Notes: generated by a model from the letters alone, not told the origin. DNA of 64,000 bases from Squalus acanthias (GCA_030390025.1 CM059431.1:136402001-136466000), one strand, 5' to 3'. Numbered from the stretch's first letter, positions 1 to 13,704 are shown. A program made the numbers and translations.

Positions 1-1215
1 CCACTTTCCAGCTCTTGGTCTGTAGCCTTGTAGGTTACGGCATTTCAAGTGCACATGCAAGTACTTTTTAAATGTGACGAGCCTTTCTGCCTCTACTACC
101 CTTTCAGGCAGTGTGTTCCAGATCCCCACCACCCTCTGGGTGAAAAAATGTCTCCTCTACGCCCCTTTACTCCTTTTGCCGATTACTTTAGATCTATGCC
201 CCCAGGGTTATTGACCTCTCTGCTAAGGGAAGTTGGTCCTTACTATCCACTCTATCTAGACCCCTCACAATTATATGCACCTCAATTAAGTCACCACTCA
301 GCCTCCTCCTATCCAACCTTTCCTCATAGTTAAAATCCTTCAGTCCTGGCAACATCCTCGCAAATCTCCTTTGTAACCCTCTCTGGTGCAATTACATCTT
401 TCCTCTAATGTGGTGACCAGAACTGTACGCAATACTCTAGCTGTGGCCTAACTAGGGTTTTATACACTTCAAGCGTAACCTCCCTGCACTTATATGCTAT
501 TCCTCGACTGATAAAGGAAAGTATCCCCTATGCCTTCTTAACCACCTTATCTGCCTGTCCTGCTACATTCAGGGATCTGTGGACATGCACTCCAAGGTCT
601 GTTCCTCTGCACTTCTCGGTATCCTACCATTTGTCGTATATTCCCTTGCCTAGCTAGCCCTCCCCAAATGCATCACCTCACACTTCTCCGAATTGAATTC
701 CATTTGCCACTTTTCTGCCCACCTGACCAGTCCATTGATATCTTCCTGCAGCCTACAGCTTTCTTCCTCACTATCAACCACTTAGCCAAGAATTGTATCT
801 TCTGCAAACTTCTTAATCATGCCCCCTACGTTGAAGTCTAAATCATTGCTACATACCACAATACGCAAGGGAGCTAGTACTGAGCCCTTCCGTACCCCAC
901 TGCAAACAACCTTCCAGTCACAAAAAAACCCGTCGACCATTACTCTTTGCTCCCAGCCACTGAGCCAATCCTGGCTCCAACTTGCCACTTTCCCTTGAAT
1001 CCCATGGGCTTTTACTTTTCTGACCAGTTTGCCATTGTGGACCTTTTCAAAAGCCTTGCTAAAATCCACGTAGACTACAAGAAACTGAACTACCCTCATC
1101 GACCTTCCTTGTTAATTCTTCAATAAATTCAATAACATTAGTCAGGCACGACCTTCCCTTAATAAATCCATGCTGACTGTCCTTGATTAATCCGTGGCTT
1201 TCTAACTGACTTATG
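1..1215 (-). mobile_element. CR1-group LINE ORF2 (RT) remnant
   Basis: Frameshifted ORFs with DSQHGFIKGRSCLTN, YVDFSKAFEKV, GSVLAP, KFAEDT and RRFARMLPGL. Confidence 0.9.
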
Positions 1216-1380
1216 AAAATGGCCTCTTGGTTTCCAACGGCGCCTGCAAGATGAGTCACTTGGTTAGCAGAAGTTGGAAGAACATTTCACTTTAAGCACA
1301 ATTCACTTGCATAATCTTCAAAATACAGAACAATAAAAAAATAAAGTGGTGATTTGAAATTTTGCATGTTGTAACAAATC

Positions 1381-1920
1381 GGACGGGTTGCACCTCAACA
1401 GGACTGAGACCAATATCCTCGCAGGGAGGTTTACTCGTGCTGTTGGGGAGGGTTTAAACTAGCTCGGCAGGTGTAAGGAACCTGAGCTTTGAATCCGAAC
1501 AGAGAAAAGCAAAGCTGGAAAAAGAAGGCAGAAAATTAGTCAGTGAGTTTGTAAATCAGAGGAAACAAAGGCTAGAAAATAGACAACAAAGTGGTTTGGC
1601 AGTGCTTAATGGTACGTACTTCAATGCAAGGAGTTTAGTGAATAAGGCAGATGAGCTGAGGGCACAGATAGACAAGAGGAAGTATGATACCACAGATATT
1701 ACTGAAACATGGCTGAAAGAAGGGCAGGAATGACAGCTCAACATTCCTGGTTACAGAGTTTTCCGACGAGATAGAGAGGGGGATAAAAAAGGGTGTCGTA
1801 ATATTGTTTAAATAAACAATTACAGCTGTGAGGATGGAATATTTGTTAGAAGGATCATAAAATGAGGCCATATAGGTTGAACTGAAGAACACAAAGAAGC
1901 AGTCACACGGCTGGGAGTGT
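1381..1920 (+). mobile_element. CR1 fragment: ORF1 end (DGLHLN-like) and start of the ORF2 endonuclease
   Basis: gacgggttgcacctcaac (DGLHLN), then YFNARSLVNKADELRAQI and ITETWL motifs. Confidence 0.8.
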
Positions 1921-3690
1921 ACATAAGAACATAAGAAATAGGAGCAGGAGTAGGCCATTCAGCCCTTCGAGCCTGCTCCGCCATTCAATGAGATCATGGC
2001 TGATCTTCTGCCTCAACTCCATTCACCGGCCCCAACGCCATATCCCTTGATGCCCTTACAAGTCAGAAATCTATCGACTTCTGTTTTGAATTTACCCAAT
2101 GACTGAGCCTCCACGGCCCTCTGGAGTAGAGACTTCCAAAGATTCAACACCCTCTGTGTGAAGAAATTTCTTTTCATCTCAGTCCTGAATGGCCTACCCT
2201 TTATCCTGAGGCTGTGGCCCCTGATTCTAGACTCCCCAGCCAATGGAAATATTCTCCCAGCATCCAACCTATTAAGCTCTGTAATAATTTTGTATGCTTC
2301 AATGAGATCACCTATCATTCTTAAGAATTCAAGAGAATACAGGCCTAGTTTACTCAACCTCTTCAAATACGACAGTCCCGCCATGCCAGCAATCAGTCTC
2401 ATGAACCTTAGTTGCACTCCCTCTGTGGCAAGTATATCCTTCCTTAGGTAAGGAGACCAAAATTGAACACAGTACTCCAGGTGTGGTCTCATCAAGACCC
2501 GATATAATTGGAGTAAGACATCTTTACTCCTGTACTCAAATCCTCTTGTAATGAAGGCCAACATACCATTTGCTGTCCTAATGGCTTGCTGCACCTGCAC
2601 ATTCACTTTCAGTGACTCATGTAGAAGGACACCCAGGTCCCTTTGAGCATCTGCATTTCCCAATCTTTCACCATTTAGGAAATACTCTGCCTTTCTGTTT
2701 TTTCTACCAAAGTGGAAAACTTCACATTTATCCACATTATATTCCATCTACCATGTTCTCGCCCACTCACTGAGCCTGTCGAGATCCCCTTGAAGCCTCT
2801 TCACATCCTCTTCACAACTGACAATGCCACCTAACTTTGTATCATCAGCAAATTTGGAAATGTTACACTTAGTCCCCTCATCCAAATCATTGATATAGAT
2901 TGTGAATAGCTGGGGCCCAAGCACCAATCCTTGCGGTAACCCACTAGTCACAGCCTGCCATCTTGAAAAAACCCGTTTATCCCTACTTTTTGTTTTCTGT
3001 CTGTTAACCAATTCTCTATACATGCTAGTATATTACCCCCAATTCCATGTGCCCTAATTTTGTTCACCAACCTCTTGTGTGGGACCTTATCGAAGGCCTT
3101 CTGAAAATCCAAATACATCACATCTACCGGTTCCCCTTTGTCTACTACAACACTTACATGTTCAAAGAACTCCGATAGGTTTGTCAAACAGGATTTCCCT
3201 TTCATAAATCCATGTTGACTCTGCCCAATCTTACTATTAGTTTCTAAGTGCCCAGTTATTGCATCCTTTACAATAGATTTCAGCATTTTCCCAAATACTG
3301 ATGTGAGGCTAACAGGTCTGTAGTTCCCCGTTTTCTCTCTCCCTCCTTTCTTAAATAGCGGGGTTACATTTGCTATTCTCCAATCTGCAGGAACCATTCC
3401 AGAATCTGTAGAATTTTGGAAGATGATAACCAATGCATCCACTATCTCATTGGCCACCTCTTTCAAAACACTAGGATGTAGGTCATCCTGTCCTTGGGAT
3501 TTATCGACTTTTAGTCTCATTAATTTTGCTAGTATGTTTTTTTACTAATAATAATCTCTTTAAGTCCCTCATTCTCGCCACAACCTTGGTTTTCTCGTAT
3601 TTCTGTGAGTTTTTTTTTGTGTCTTCCTCCGTGAAGACAAAAACAAAGTATTTATTTAATTTCTCTCATTTCCTCATTCACCATTATAAA
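1921..3690 (-). mobile_element. CR1 LINE, 5'-truncated, with 3' tail
   Basis: ORFs 2948..3520, 2748..3023 and 2013..2747 ([31 protein letters not shown]). Tail acataagaacataagaa. Confidence 0.95.
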
Positions 3691-3744
3691 TTCCCCTGTA
3701 CTATTGATCCCGAAATATTCGGAGGAAGATAAAAGAACAAATAA

Positions 3745-4605
3745 GAACATAAGAACATAAGAAATAGGAGCAGGAGTAGACCGATCGGCCCCTCGAGCCT
3801 GCTCCACCATTCAATGAGATCATGGCTGATCTGATCCAACCTCAACTCTAAAGAACACAAGAAGTAGGAGCAGGACCAGGCCACTCGGCCCCTGGGCCCG
3901 CTCCGCCACCCACAGGGCCTTGACCGATCCGAACTCAAACTCATGTCCAATTTCCAGCCCGCTCCCCGTAACCCCTAATTCCCTTTACTTCTAGGAAACG
4001 GTCTATTTCTGTTTAAAATTTATTTAATGAAGTAGCTTCCACAGCTTCCTGGGGTAGCAAATTCCACAGACCCACTACCCTCTGAGTGAAAAAGTTTCTC
4101 CTCATCTCAGTTTTGAAAGAGCAGCCCCTTATTCTAAGATTATGTCCCCTAGTTCTAGTTTCACCCATCATTGGGAACATCCTCACCGCGTCCACCGATC
4201 AAGCCCCTTCACAATCTTATATGTTTCAATAAGATCGCCCCTCATTCTTCTGAACTCCAATGAGTAGAGTCCCAATCTACTCAACCTCTCCTCGTATGTC
4301 CACCCCCTCATCCCCGGAATTAACCGAGTGAACCTTCTTTGTACTGCCTCGAGAGCAAGTATGTCTTTTCTTAAGTATGGACACCAAAACTGTGTGCAGT
4401 ACTCCAGGTGCGGTCTCACCAATACTCTATACAACTGCAGCAATACCTCCCTGTTTTTATATTCTATCCCCCTAGCAATAAAAGCCAACATTCCATTGGC
4501 TTTCCTGATCACCTGCTGCACCTGCATACTAACTTTTTGATTAACTTGCACCAAGACCCCCAGATCCCTTTGTACTGCAGTACTTTCCAGTTTCTCGCCA
4601 TTAAG
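3745..4605 (-). mobile_element. CR1 LINE 3' fragment with doubled tail
   Basis: ORFs 4183..4650 and 4013..4195, plus two tandem 3' tail stem-loop regions. Confidence 0.9.
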
Positions 4606-4609
4606 ATGG

Positions 4610-5960
4610 CAAATTTCTGAGAAGTGCGAAAACAATAGGGCACTAACCAAATATTAACTGGGATAGAATCAGTGTAAAAGCTATAGAGGGTGCAGAATTC
4701 TTAAAATGCATTCAGCAGAACTTTTTTTTAGCCTGATCTATCTTTGTCCTTTTCCATAACTGCGCTAAATCTAACTGAATTAAGATCACTACCACCAAAA
4801 TTCTCTCCCAATGATACCCCTACCATCTGCCCAGCTTCATTCTCTAAATCCAAATCCAGATCCGTCTCTTGTTGGGCTTGCTACGTGCTGGCTATGTTTC
4901 AGTAATAGCTGTGATATCATACTTCCTCGTGTCTATCAGCAGAAGTTGGAAGAAACTTTCATTTTCAGCACAATTCACTTGGAAAAACCTCAAAATAAAG
5001 AACAATAAAAAAATAAAGTGGTTACTTGAAATTTTGCATTTTGTATCAAATCGGACGGGTTGCACCTCAGCAGGACTGGGACCAATATTCTCGCGGGGTT
5101 GTTTGCTCGTGCTGTTGGGGACGGTTTAAACTAGCTTGGCGGGAGTATGGGAACCTGAGCTTAGATTCAGAATGGAGAGAACCAAAGCTGGAAAAGGAAG
5201 GCAGAAAATTAGTAAGTGAGTTTGGAAATCAGAGGAAACAAAGGCTAGAAAATAGACAACAAGGTGGTTTGGCAGTGCTTAATGGTATATACTTCAATGC
5301 AAGGAGTCCAGTGAATAAGGCAGATGAGCTGAGGGCACAGATAGACAAGTGGAAGTATGAGACCACAGATATTACTGAAACATGGCTGAAAGAATGGCAG
5401 GAATGGTAGCTCAGCATTCCTGGTTACAGAATTTTAAGACGAGATAGAGAGGGGGATAAAAAGGAGGGTGTCGTAATATTGGTTAATAAACAATTACAGC
5501 TGTGAGGAGGGAATATTTGTTGGAAGGATCATAAATGAGGCCATATGGGTTGAACTAAAGAATACAAAGGGGCAATCACACTGCTGGGAGTATAGTATAG
5601 ACCCTCAAATATTCAGAAGGAGATAGAAGAAAAAATATGCTTGCATATTTCTTAGAAGTGCAAAGACAATAGGGCAGTAATTGTAGGGGATTTCAACTAC
5701 CCTGATATTAACTGGGATAGATTCACTGTAAAAGGTATAGAGGGTGCAGAATTCTTAAAATGTATTCAGCAGAGCTTTTTACTTAGCGTGATCTATCCTT
5801 GTCCTTTTCCATAATTAAGCTAAATCTAATTGAATTAAGATCACTACCAGCAAAATGCTCTCCCAATGATACCCCTTTCACCTGCCCAGCTTCATTCCCT
5901 AAAAACAAATCCAGAATCGTCTCTTCTTGGGCTTGCTATGTACTGGCTATATTTCAGTAA
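4610..5960. mobile_element. Rearranged and duplicated CR1 endonuclease-region fragments in both orientations
   Basis: ORF 5026..5409 (YFNARS...ITETWL), IVGDFNYPDINW near 5680, and inverted pieces at about 4730-4935 and 5785-5960. Confidence 0.8.
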
Positions 5961-6871
5961 CATAAGAGCAGAAATGGGGATGTTCGCTGATGACTGCAAA
6001 GTGTTCAGTGACATTCACAACTCCTCCGATAATGAAGCAGTCCATGCCCGGACGACGTTCAGGTTTGGGCTGATAAGTGGCAGGTAATATTCACGCCACA
6101 AAAGTGCCAGGCAATGACTATCTCCAACAAGCGAGAGACTAACCACCGCCCCATGATATTCAACGGTATTACCATCGCTGAATCCCCCACCATCAACATC
6201 CTGGGGGGTCACCATTGACCAGAAACTTAACTGGACCAAACACATAAATACTGTGGCAACAAGAGCAGGTCAGAGGCTAGGTATTCTGCGGCGAGTGTCT
6301 CACCTCCTGAATCCCCAAAGCCTTTCCACCATCTACAAGGCACAAGTAAGGAGTGTGATGTGATACTCTCCACTTGCCTGGTTGAGTGCAGCTCCAACAA
6401 CACTCAAAAAGCTCGACACCATCCAGGACAAAGCAGCCCGCTTGATTGGCACCCCATCCACCACATTAAGCATTCACTCCCTCCACCACCGGCGTTCCGT
6501 GGCTGCAGTGTGTACCATTTACAAGATGCACTGCAGCAACTCGCCAAGTCTTCTTCGGCAGCATCTCCCAAACCCGCGACCTCTTCCACCTAGAAGGACA
6601 AGGGCGGCCGGCGCATGGGAACACCATCACCTCCAAGTTCCCCTCTAAGTCACACACCATCCTGACTTAGAAGTATATCGCAGATCCTTCATCGTCACTG
6701 GGTCAAAATCCTGGAACTCCCTACCTAACAGCACTGTGGGAGTACCTTCACCACACGGACTGCAGCGGTTCAAGAAGGCGGTTCACCACCACCTTCTCAA
6801 GGGCAATTAGGGATGGGCAATACAATCTGGCCTTGCCAGCGACGCCCACATCCCCTGAGCGAATAAAAAAA
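5961..6871 (+). mobile_element. LINE 3' fragment of a second CR1/L2-group family
   Basis: MFADD motif and LKKLDTIQDKAARLIG...SLHHRRSVAAVCTIYKMH. Ends in gggatgggcaa...gacgcccacatccc followed by an A-rich tail. Confidence 0.85.
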
Positions 6872-6949
6872 TAGCTGTGATATCATACTTCCACGTCTCT
6901 ATTTGTGCCCTCAGCTCATCTGCCTTATTCACTAGACTCCTTGCATTAA

Positions 6950-7920
6950 ACATAAGAAAATAAGAACCTAAGAAATAGGAGCAGGAGTCGGCCATTTTAA
7001 TGGCTGATCTTATACCTCATCGCCTCTTTCCTTAACTATCCCCATATCCCTTGATTCCCTTAATTTTCAAAAATCTATCGATCTATATTTTGACTATACT
7101 CAACGACTGAACCTCCACAGGGGTAGAGAATTGCAAAGATTCACCACCCTCTGAGTGAAGGAATTTCTCCTCATCTCAATCCTAAACACCGAACCCTTAT
7201 TCTGAGGCTGTGACCCCTGGTTCTAGACTCACCAGCCAGGGGAAACATCCTCCACGCATCTACCCTGTCAAGCCCTGTAAGAATTTTATATGTTTCAATG
7301 AGATCACTTATCATTCTTCTAAACTCCAGAGAATATAGGCCTAGTCTACTCAATCTGTCCTAATAGGAAAATGCCCCCATCCCAGGAACCAGTTTGGTGA
7401 ACCTTCGTTTCACTCCCTCTGTGGCAAGTATATCCTTCCTTATGTAAGGAGACCAAAACCATACACAATTCTCCAGGAGTGGTCTCACCAGAGCCCCATA
7501 TAATTGCAGTAAGACGTATTTACTGTTCTACTTAAATCCTCTAGTAATAAATTTGCTTTCCTCATTGCTTGCTGTACCTGCATGTTCACTTTCAGTGATT
7601 CGTGAATAAGGACACACAGATCCCTCTGAACATTAACATTTCCCAATCTCTCACCATTTAAAAAATACTCTGCTTTTCTATTTTTCCTAGCAAAGTGGAA
7701 AACTTTACATTTTTCCATATTATATTCCATTATATACCATTACGCACTGCCAAACTCCTTTGTTGTCTATTCTAACCTTTGTTTGCTCTGACTTCCAAAC
7801 TCACTTACTAATTTTCTGCCTTCCTTTTCCAGCTTTGCTTCTCTCCCTTCTGAATCCAAGCTCAAGTTCTCATTCCCCTGCCAAGCTAGTTTAAACCCTC
7901 CCCAGCAGCACTAGCAATCT
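6950..7920 (-). mobile_element. CR1 fragments (ORF2 3' part and an ORF1/endonuclease junction piece)
   Basis: ORFs 7171..7353 and 7485..7730. 7745-7920 is the reverse complement of the 1440-1620 type sequence. Confidence 0.85.
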
Positions 7921-8439
7921 GCGTCACACACCCCCCTCACTCCCCCACCTCCTTAGAAGAGAAATAGGAGGAGAAGGAACAGGAGGTAGGGCGATGGCAA
8001 GAAGACAATCGGCATTCTGGACGGGCTGCCCGTGACCGGCTCATCAGACTCCAATTCACATGAATGAAACCTCAGATCCCTATAGCTAACCATATCCCCA
8101 TCATACCATCCCTGTCTCATTCCATATCACAGTTTCCTCCTGGGCACAAAGGTGAAATGAGAGAGGCCACAAAATATTCCAAACACACTTAATAACTGTA
8201 TCTATAAACATATCATGCATAACACATGAATTCTAATAACTAATGACTCTTGTACCTGACATAGTTGAACAGCTGTCATTGTGTGCAAGGTTTGATTTGT
8301 GGGTGTTAGCTTTGCTAGGCAGAGATTGTTGGTGAGTGAGTACTGGGGTGGGGTGAATTGAGCAGTGTGTCAAGCTTGTGTTACAGATGGTGGTGGACAG
8401 CATTTGCTGAAACCTTCACTCACCCTGACCAACCGTGTG

Positions 8440-8660
8440 AGCTCGTTAAAACTTCCTCCTGCACTGTGTGTGGGTCCTGGGGACCTCAGTGCTGCCCGTG
8501 ACGTGGTGCTGCCACCTCCTTCCACATAGTCTGGCAGACTTTTGGCGAGGGCCTCCAGCCAGTTTTCGGGTACAGGACTCCACCGCTAAAACCAATCCCT
8601 CCAAAGCTTCCTCGGAAAAGCTCCGGGCTCTCTCCCTGGGCCAGAGACATGCCATCAGGA
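8440..8660 (-). pseudogene. Decayed Myb/SANT-like DNA-binding domain, PIF/Harbinger transposon type
   Basis: Read across frameshifts: RARSFSEEALEGLVLAVE / LYPKTGWRPSPKVCQTMWKEVA / PRTHTQCRRKF. Confidence 0.7.
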
Positions 8661-9804
8661 TTTGTAAATGAGTGCTCCTTCTCTTTGTCCTTCTTCTTCT
8701 GATTGTTGAGGCAGCTGCACACCCAAGAATGCTGTCAATGAGGTGCTGCAGCATCAATGAACCTCCCCTTTAAGTCGACAAAAGAGTCTGTGACAATCAT
8801 TACACACATTTAGACTGCCCTGATATTGATCCATCTTTTCATTGTAATGCCAATGAGCTTGAGTTTTTAGACGAGAATCATGACTGCAATCATTTTAATG
8901 AGGAGTGAGGATGATTTTTATGTGCCGCCTCGCCGATTTTCAACTGGCGCTACTTACCAATTTTAGTCTAAACACTGCCCATTTCTTGGTGGTAATAAAT
9001 GTCTAGCTCTACATGTCTATTTCATCACTCTCATTCATTCTGTATAACCCTTCATCAAAACGTTGAAATAAATTAACAAATGAACGACCATTCAAATAAG
9101 ATCAGATCAGAGGAGGGGGAGAAAAATGAACGGCACACGAGAATGACCTGTAATATGATTAAAAGATAATTAGGAGAAAGTTAACCTTCTGAGATTATCT
9201 CTACAATAGAGGATGGGAAGAAACATAATAAACTAAATTAAATAGCAAAGATGGAGACAGATTGTGTACAAGCGTACATAGGAAAAGGAGAAGGCCATTC
9301 AACCCGTCAGGCCTGTTAGGAACATAGGAACACGAGGAGGCCCTTTAGCCCCTCGAACCTATAAGGAACATAGGGACAGAAGTAGGTCATTCTGCCCCTC
9401 CAGTTCAACTATTTAATTCGATCATGGCTGAGTTAATGAGGAGTGAAGGAAGGCCTGAACAAAATCAAGAGAAGCTTGTAAAATGGCGTTCAGATTCACT
9501 TTCTATACCATTTAATGTTATCTGTGATTTCTCTTGACAGCTTGATTTAAAAAAGGCTTATTTCCATGTCTGACGTAATTGCCAGCAAATATGAGTGGTA
9601 GATTCAGAGCGAAAATCTCCTTGTCTGAACAAGACAGCACAATATCAATATCACCCGTAACTGCATGAACGCAGCACTTCAAAATCACACCCCAGCCAAA
9701 TCTCTGAAATGTCCTTTTATAGATAAAGCTTATTAGCGCCCCAATAATGTCAGTGCCCATGTGCTGTAAATTCAGTGGGAGCGCCTCAAGCATAATAATC
9801 CCCC

Positions 9805-10755
9805 CATATAAATGACCTGGATATTAGAATACAGAGTAGAATTTCTAAATTTGCCAATGACACCAAACTTGGGGGTGTGGCAAACAGAATGGATGATACC
9901 AATCGACTGCAACTAGACATAGAAAGGCTAGTAGAATGGGCAGACAAGTGGCAGATGAAATTTAATACAGAGAAGTGTGAGGTGATGCATTTTGGCAGAA
10001 GGAACAGGGAGAGGAAATATACACTTAATGGCAGAGTTTTAAAGATTGTGCAGGGACAGAGGGCCCTGGGAGTTAATATGAATAGGTCCCTGAAGGTGGC
10101 AGGACATATTGAGAGAGTGATTAGAAAAACATATAGGATCTTGGGCTTCATAATTAGAGGTATTGTGGACAAAAGTAGAGAAGTTATGCTGAACCTTTAT
10201 AAAGCGCTGGTTAGGCCACAACTGGAGAATTCTGTCAAGTTCTGGTCAACACACTTTAGGAAGGATGTGAAGGCCCTTGAGAGAGGAGATTTACCAGAAT
10301 GGTTCCGGGGATGGGGGATCTTAGTTACAAGGACAGGTTAGAGAAGCTGGATTTGTTTTCATTAGAGCAAAGGAGGTTGAGGGGTGATTTGATAGAGGTG
10401 TACAAGATTATGACGGTTTTGGATAGGCTAGACAGGGAACGGCTGTTCCCACTAGTTGATGGTACAAGGACTAGGGGACACAAATTTAAGGTTTTGGGCA
10501 AGAGATATAGGGGGATGTGAGGAAAAACATTTTTACGCAGCAAGTGGTGATAACCTGGAATTCGCTGCCGATGGAAGTGGTGGAAGCGGAGACACTCAAT
10601 GTTTTCAAAGGGATACTGGATAGGCACTTGAGGGAAATAAACTTGCGGGGCTATGGGGTAGAGCGAGAGAATGGGACAGACTGGATTGCTCTACAGAGAG
10701 CCGGCACGGACTCGATGGGCCTAATGGCCTCTTTCTGTGCCGTTATGACTGCATG
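9805..10755 (+). mobile_element. CR1 LINE 3' fragment
   Basis: ORFs 9877..10341, 10299..10520 and 10517..10756, followed by a tail. Confidence 0.92.
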
Positions 10756-10759
10756 ACTC

Positions 10760-11340
10760 CTTCTTGTGGTGCTACAATGAATATTGCGGTGCTATGTGCA
10801 TTAGCGGCACGCGCATCATAGCGCTGCGGTATTACAGGCCTCCCTCCCCTAATTAAAGGGGAGGGGCTAGCACTGCACCCACCGGGGCCCTGCTGGACCA
10901 TCGGGGAGTGGGGTGCCGGGAAACCAGCCCGCCACTCAAGAGGAGTGCCGGGCTGAGCGATCGCGCTGTGCACCCTGCGTAAAAAAGTGGATGGTGGCAG
11001 GTGCTGGCAGGAGGACAAATAAAAATGGCCGACCGATACCTGCCCTTTAACTAGCGGCCGCAAAAATGCCACCCTGACCCTGTCGGACATATTGTCCGAC
11101 GATAGGTCAGGTGGAGCAACTGACGTTTGCGGCCGGGGCACGAGCGGGGCGCCGCGCACGGCGATGGTGTCATCGCCAAATGCGCAGCGCTGCAGCGCGC
11201 TACCGGCTACCGCCGCCGCCAACCTCCCGCTGAATTTCGCGGCAGGCGTTAGTGCCGCCGTGCCCGGGCGCTAGGGAGTTTGCTCCCATTAGCGCCCCTG
11301 GGGGCTCTAACAGGAGGCGCAAAGCAACCCAATTTTTCCC
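10760..11340. mobile_element. GC/CpG-rich probable non-autonomous DNA element fragment
   Basis: Abrupt GC-rich block with local palindromes (ctcccctaattaaaggggag, gcgctgcagcgc) ending in ccaatttttccc, like the MITE termini elsewhere in the window. Confidence 0.4.
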
Positions 11341-11434
11341 TCATTTTATGATTCTTGTTTGTCTTACCACTTGAGTGTGTGATTACTGGTCAACCTGAAT
11401 CGACGTTTGGTCTAACATCCATATTGACTTTCAG

Positions 11435-11619
11435 ATATATTGTTGGCTGAACTTGAGAAAACGTCGGGGAGTGATTGTGGAGGTAACCCGAATCACTCAG
11501 CTGTATCTGATTATGACCTCCTGTCAGCATTTGCAACAAAAGAGCCAGTAAATACGAAAGAGTTGAAACCGCAGGCCTCTGGTGGTGGTCATGCGGCATC
11601 ATCGCCGGCATCAGCACAA
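11435..11619 (+). CDS. LPXN: Leupaxin coding exon (probable exon 2): LD1 motif, (D)ILLAELEKTS...SPASAQ
   Basis: Acceptor ttgactttcag|AT and donor CAA|gtaaga. A phase-1 start completes the Asp of an LD1-like 'D-ILLAELE', the same split as paxillin-family exon 1/2. 185 bp. Confidence 0.85.
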
Positions 11620-12534
11620 GTAAGAAGCATCTTATCGTTATTTTAACAAAATTATTACACGGAATAGAGAGGATTGGTTTTTAGTAAGAAATTCGCCTAC
11701 GCTGTACTACATTTTAGAATTGTTTTGACATAAACTAGACTTGGTAGAATGTTTGTCCCGCTCCCATACGATTTCTCACAATCCTGTGGATGTTGTCACT
11801 ACATTATTTGTTTCGAAACAATAACGATGAAGTCCCTTCAGAAAGATATGAATGGGCAAAAACAAATGGTTGCTATTGACCAGAAACTTAATTGCTTCCA
11901 TCGGTACAGAAAAATACCACAGAGAAAGAAATTCAGGGAAACACCATCGTAACCAAATCCCCCTCCAAGTCAAGCAACACCCTGACTTGAATCAACGACG
12001 CTATTTATTCATAATAGCTGGGTGCATATCCTAGCATTCCCTATCTAAAACAATCTTGGAAGCACCATGAACACAAGGAATGCAGCAATTAAAGAAAGGC
12101 CGCGACCATCTTTTCAAGGCATTTAAGGGTTGCAAAAACTATCTCATGGGACTTTATGAAGCGCAGGAAGTTCTCCTGGTGCCCTGTACAACACGAGTCA
12201 CCCAAACAACGCCACCAAAACACCTCAGCTGCTCAATTATCACTTTGCACTTTGTGAGTACTTGCCCTGCCCACATCAGTTGCTGTGATTTCCTAAAAAT
12301 CAACAGTGGAAACATTTGCAAAGTAAATTATTGCCGTTGAATTGGTTTAGGACATTCTTTGCGCCACATAAACACGTGTTTTTTTCTTTAATGGGGAAGT
12401 TGGATACATATTTGAAGTAGAGGAGAGTAAATGATTATGGGGAGAATGTTTTGGATTTTTTCAGCAATGATCCGGCTGAATGACTTCCCTCTGTGCGATC
12501 AACTTCGATAGCTCTGTGCCAGAACTTAGGGATA

Positions 12535-12673
<139 letters not shown>

Positions 12674-12777
12674 CTGTCATATATTGCTGTACGTCTCCAT
12701 AATGTCACCAGAAAAGGCAACAGCGAATCCATGAGCTATTGTGATTTAATAGATCTAAATTAGTTTTGTAAGTTCTT

Positions 12778-12922
12778 GGCCTAAAAATTCGTCTCGGGCG
12801 GCGGCGCAAACCGGGCGGTATCGGATCGGCCGCTCGTTACACGCCACGCCTGATATTCAGTTCCATGTGACTGATCCGATACCGCCCATTTTGCGCCACT
12901 GCCCAAGACGCATTTCTAGGCC
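12778..12922. mobile_element. Short palindromic MITE-like element
   Basis: About 50-bp imperfect inverted arms: ggcctaaaaattcgtctcgggc...ggtatcggatc and gatccgataccgccc...catttctaggcc. Confidence 0.8.
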
Positions 12923-12974
12923 GAAGTTTACTCTATGCTTCGCTGGTCTGCGTAAAAGGTGCATGTTTGGCGTC

Positions 12975-13330
12975 AGCCTTGGCCTGGTGATGGCGTTCTC
13001 TTTTCTGAGCCAGAAATTTGTGGGTTCAGGGACCATTCCAGTGACATGAGCCCATAATCTTGGATGACTTTCCAGTGCAGTACTGAGGGAGTGCTGCACT
13101 GTCCGAAGTGCTATCTTTCCGATGCGATATTAAACAGAGGCGAATGTATCCTCTCAGGTGGATGTTGAATGATTCCACAGCACTATTCGAAGAAGAGTCG
13201 CAGCAGTTGTCCAGTGTCCCAGCCAATATTTAACTCTCAACCAAAATCTCTAAAATAGATTATCTGGCCATTTATCTGACTGTTGTTTGTTAGACCTTGC
13301 GCAAATTAGCTTCTGTAGTGTTTTACTGCA
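12975..13330 (+). mobile_element. tRNA-derived DeuSINE-like element (SacSINE1-like), decayed
   Basis: Reverse complement of the 27203-27665 element, with central ctttccgatgcgatattaaacagagg...ctctcaggtggatg. Confidence 0.75.
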
Positions 13331-13615
13331 CCACAAAGGTTGGCCAAACGGTAGATTCATAACTTGCTGTCCAAAAATAAATAGAAATAAAAATTAGGTG
13401 CCCCTCCGCAATTTCTATTTTACACCCAGGTGGTAATTTAAAAATCTACCCGAAAATTTCGAAAGTATTTTATTAGCTCTGAAACGTTTTGGGACTTTCT
13501 GAGGATGAGCCAAGGGCTCCCGGAATACAAATTATTTCTCCTTATGTCTACCGTTAGTATGAGTCTGTATTATGTACACACGTGAAGACCTTTTCTGCTA
13601 ATTTTGTATTTCCAG

Positions 13616-13704
13616 TTGCAGCCAGTCTACCTGTCCCATGTTGGTGGCGCTAAGGCGGCCAGTAGTAAAGGAGATGAATATGATGACTGGGATCACGTTT
13701 ACAG
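13616..13704 (+). CDS. LPXN: Leupaxin coding exon 3: LQPVYLSHVGGAKAASSKGDEYDDWDHVY(S)
   Basis: Acceptor tttgtatttccag, donor AG|gtgagc. Phases 0/2 fit the neighbouring exons. 'HVYS' is the paxillin-family tyrosine motif. Confidence 0.85.

Noticed and set aside
7920..11434. LPXN exon 1 candidates, for example atggagacag near 9251
   Set aside because: None gives an M-x-x-L-D start followed by a phase-1 GT donor.
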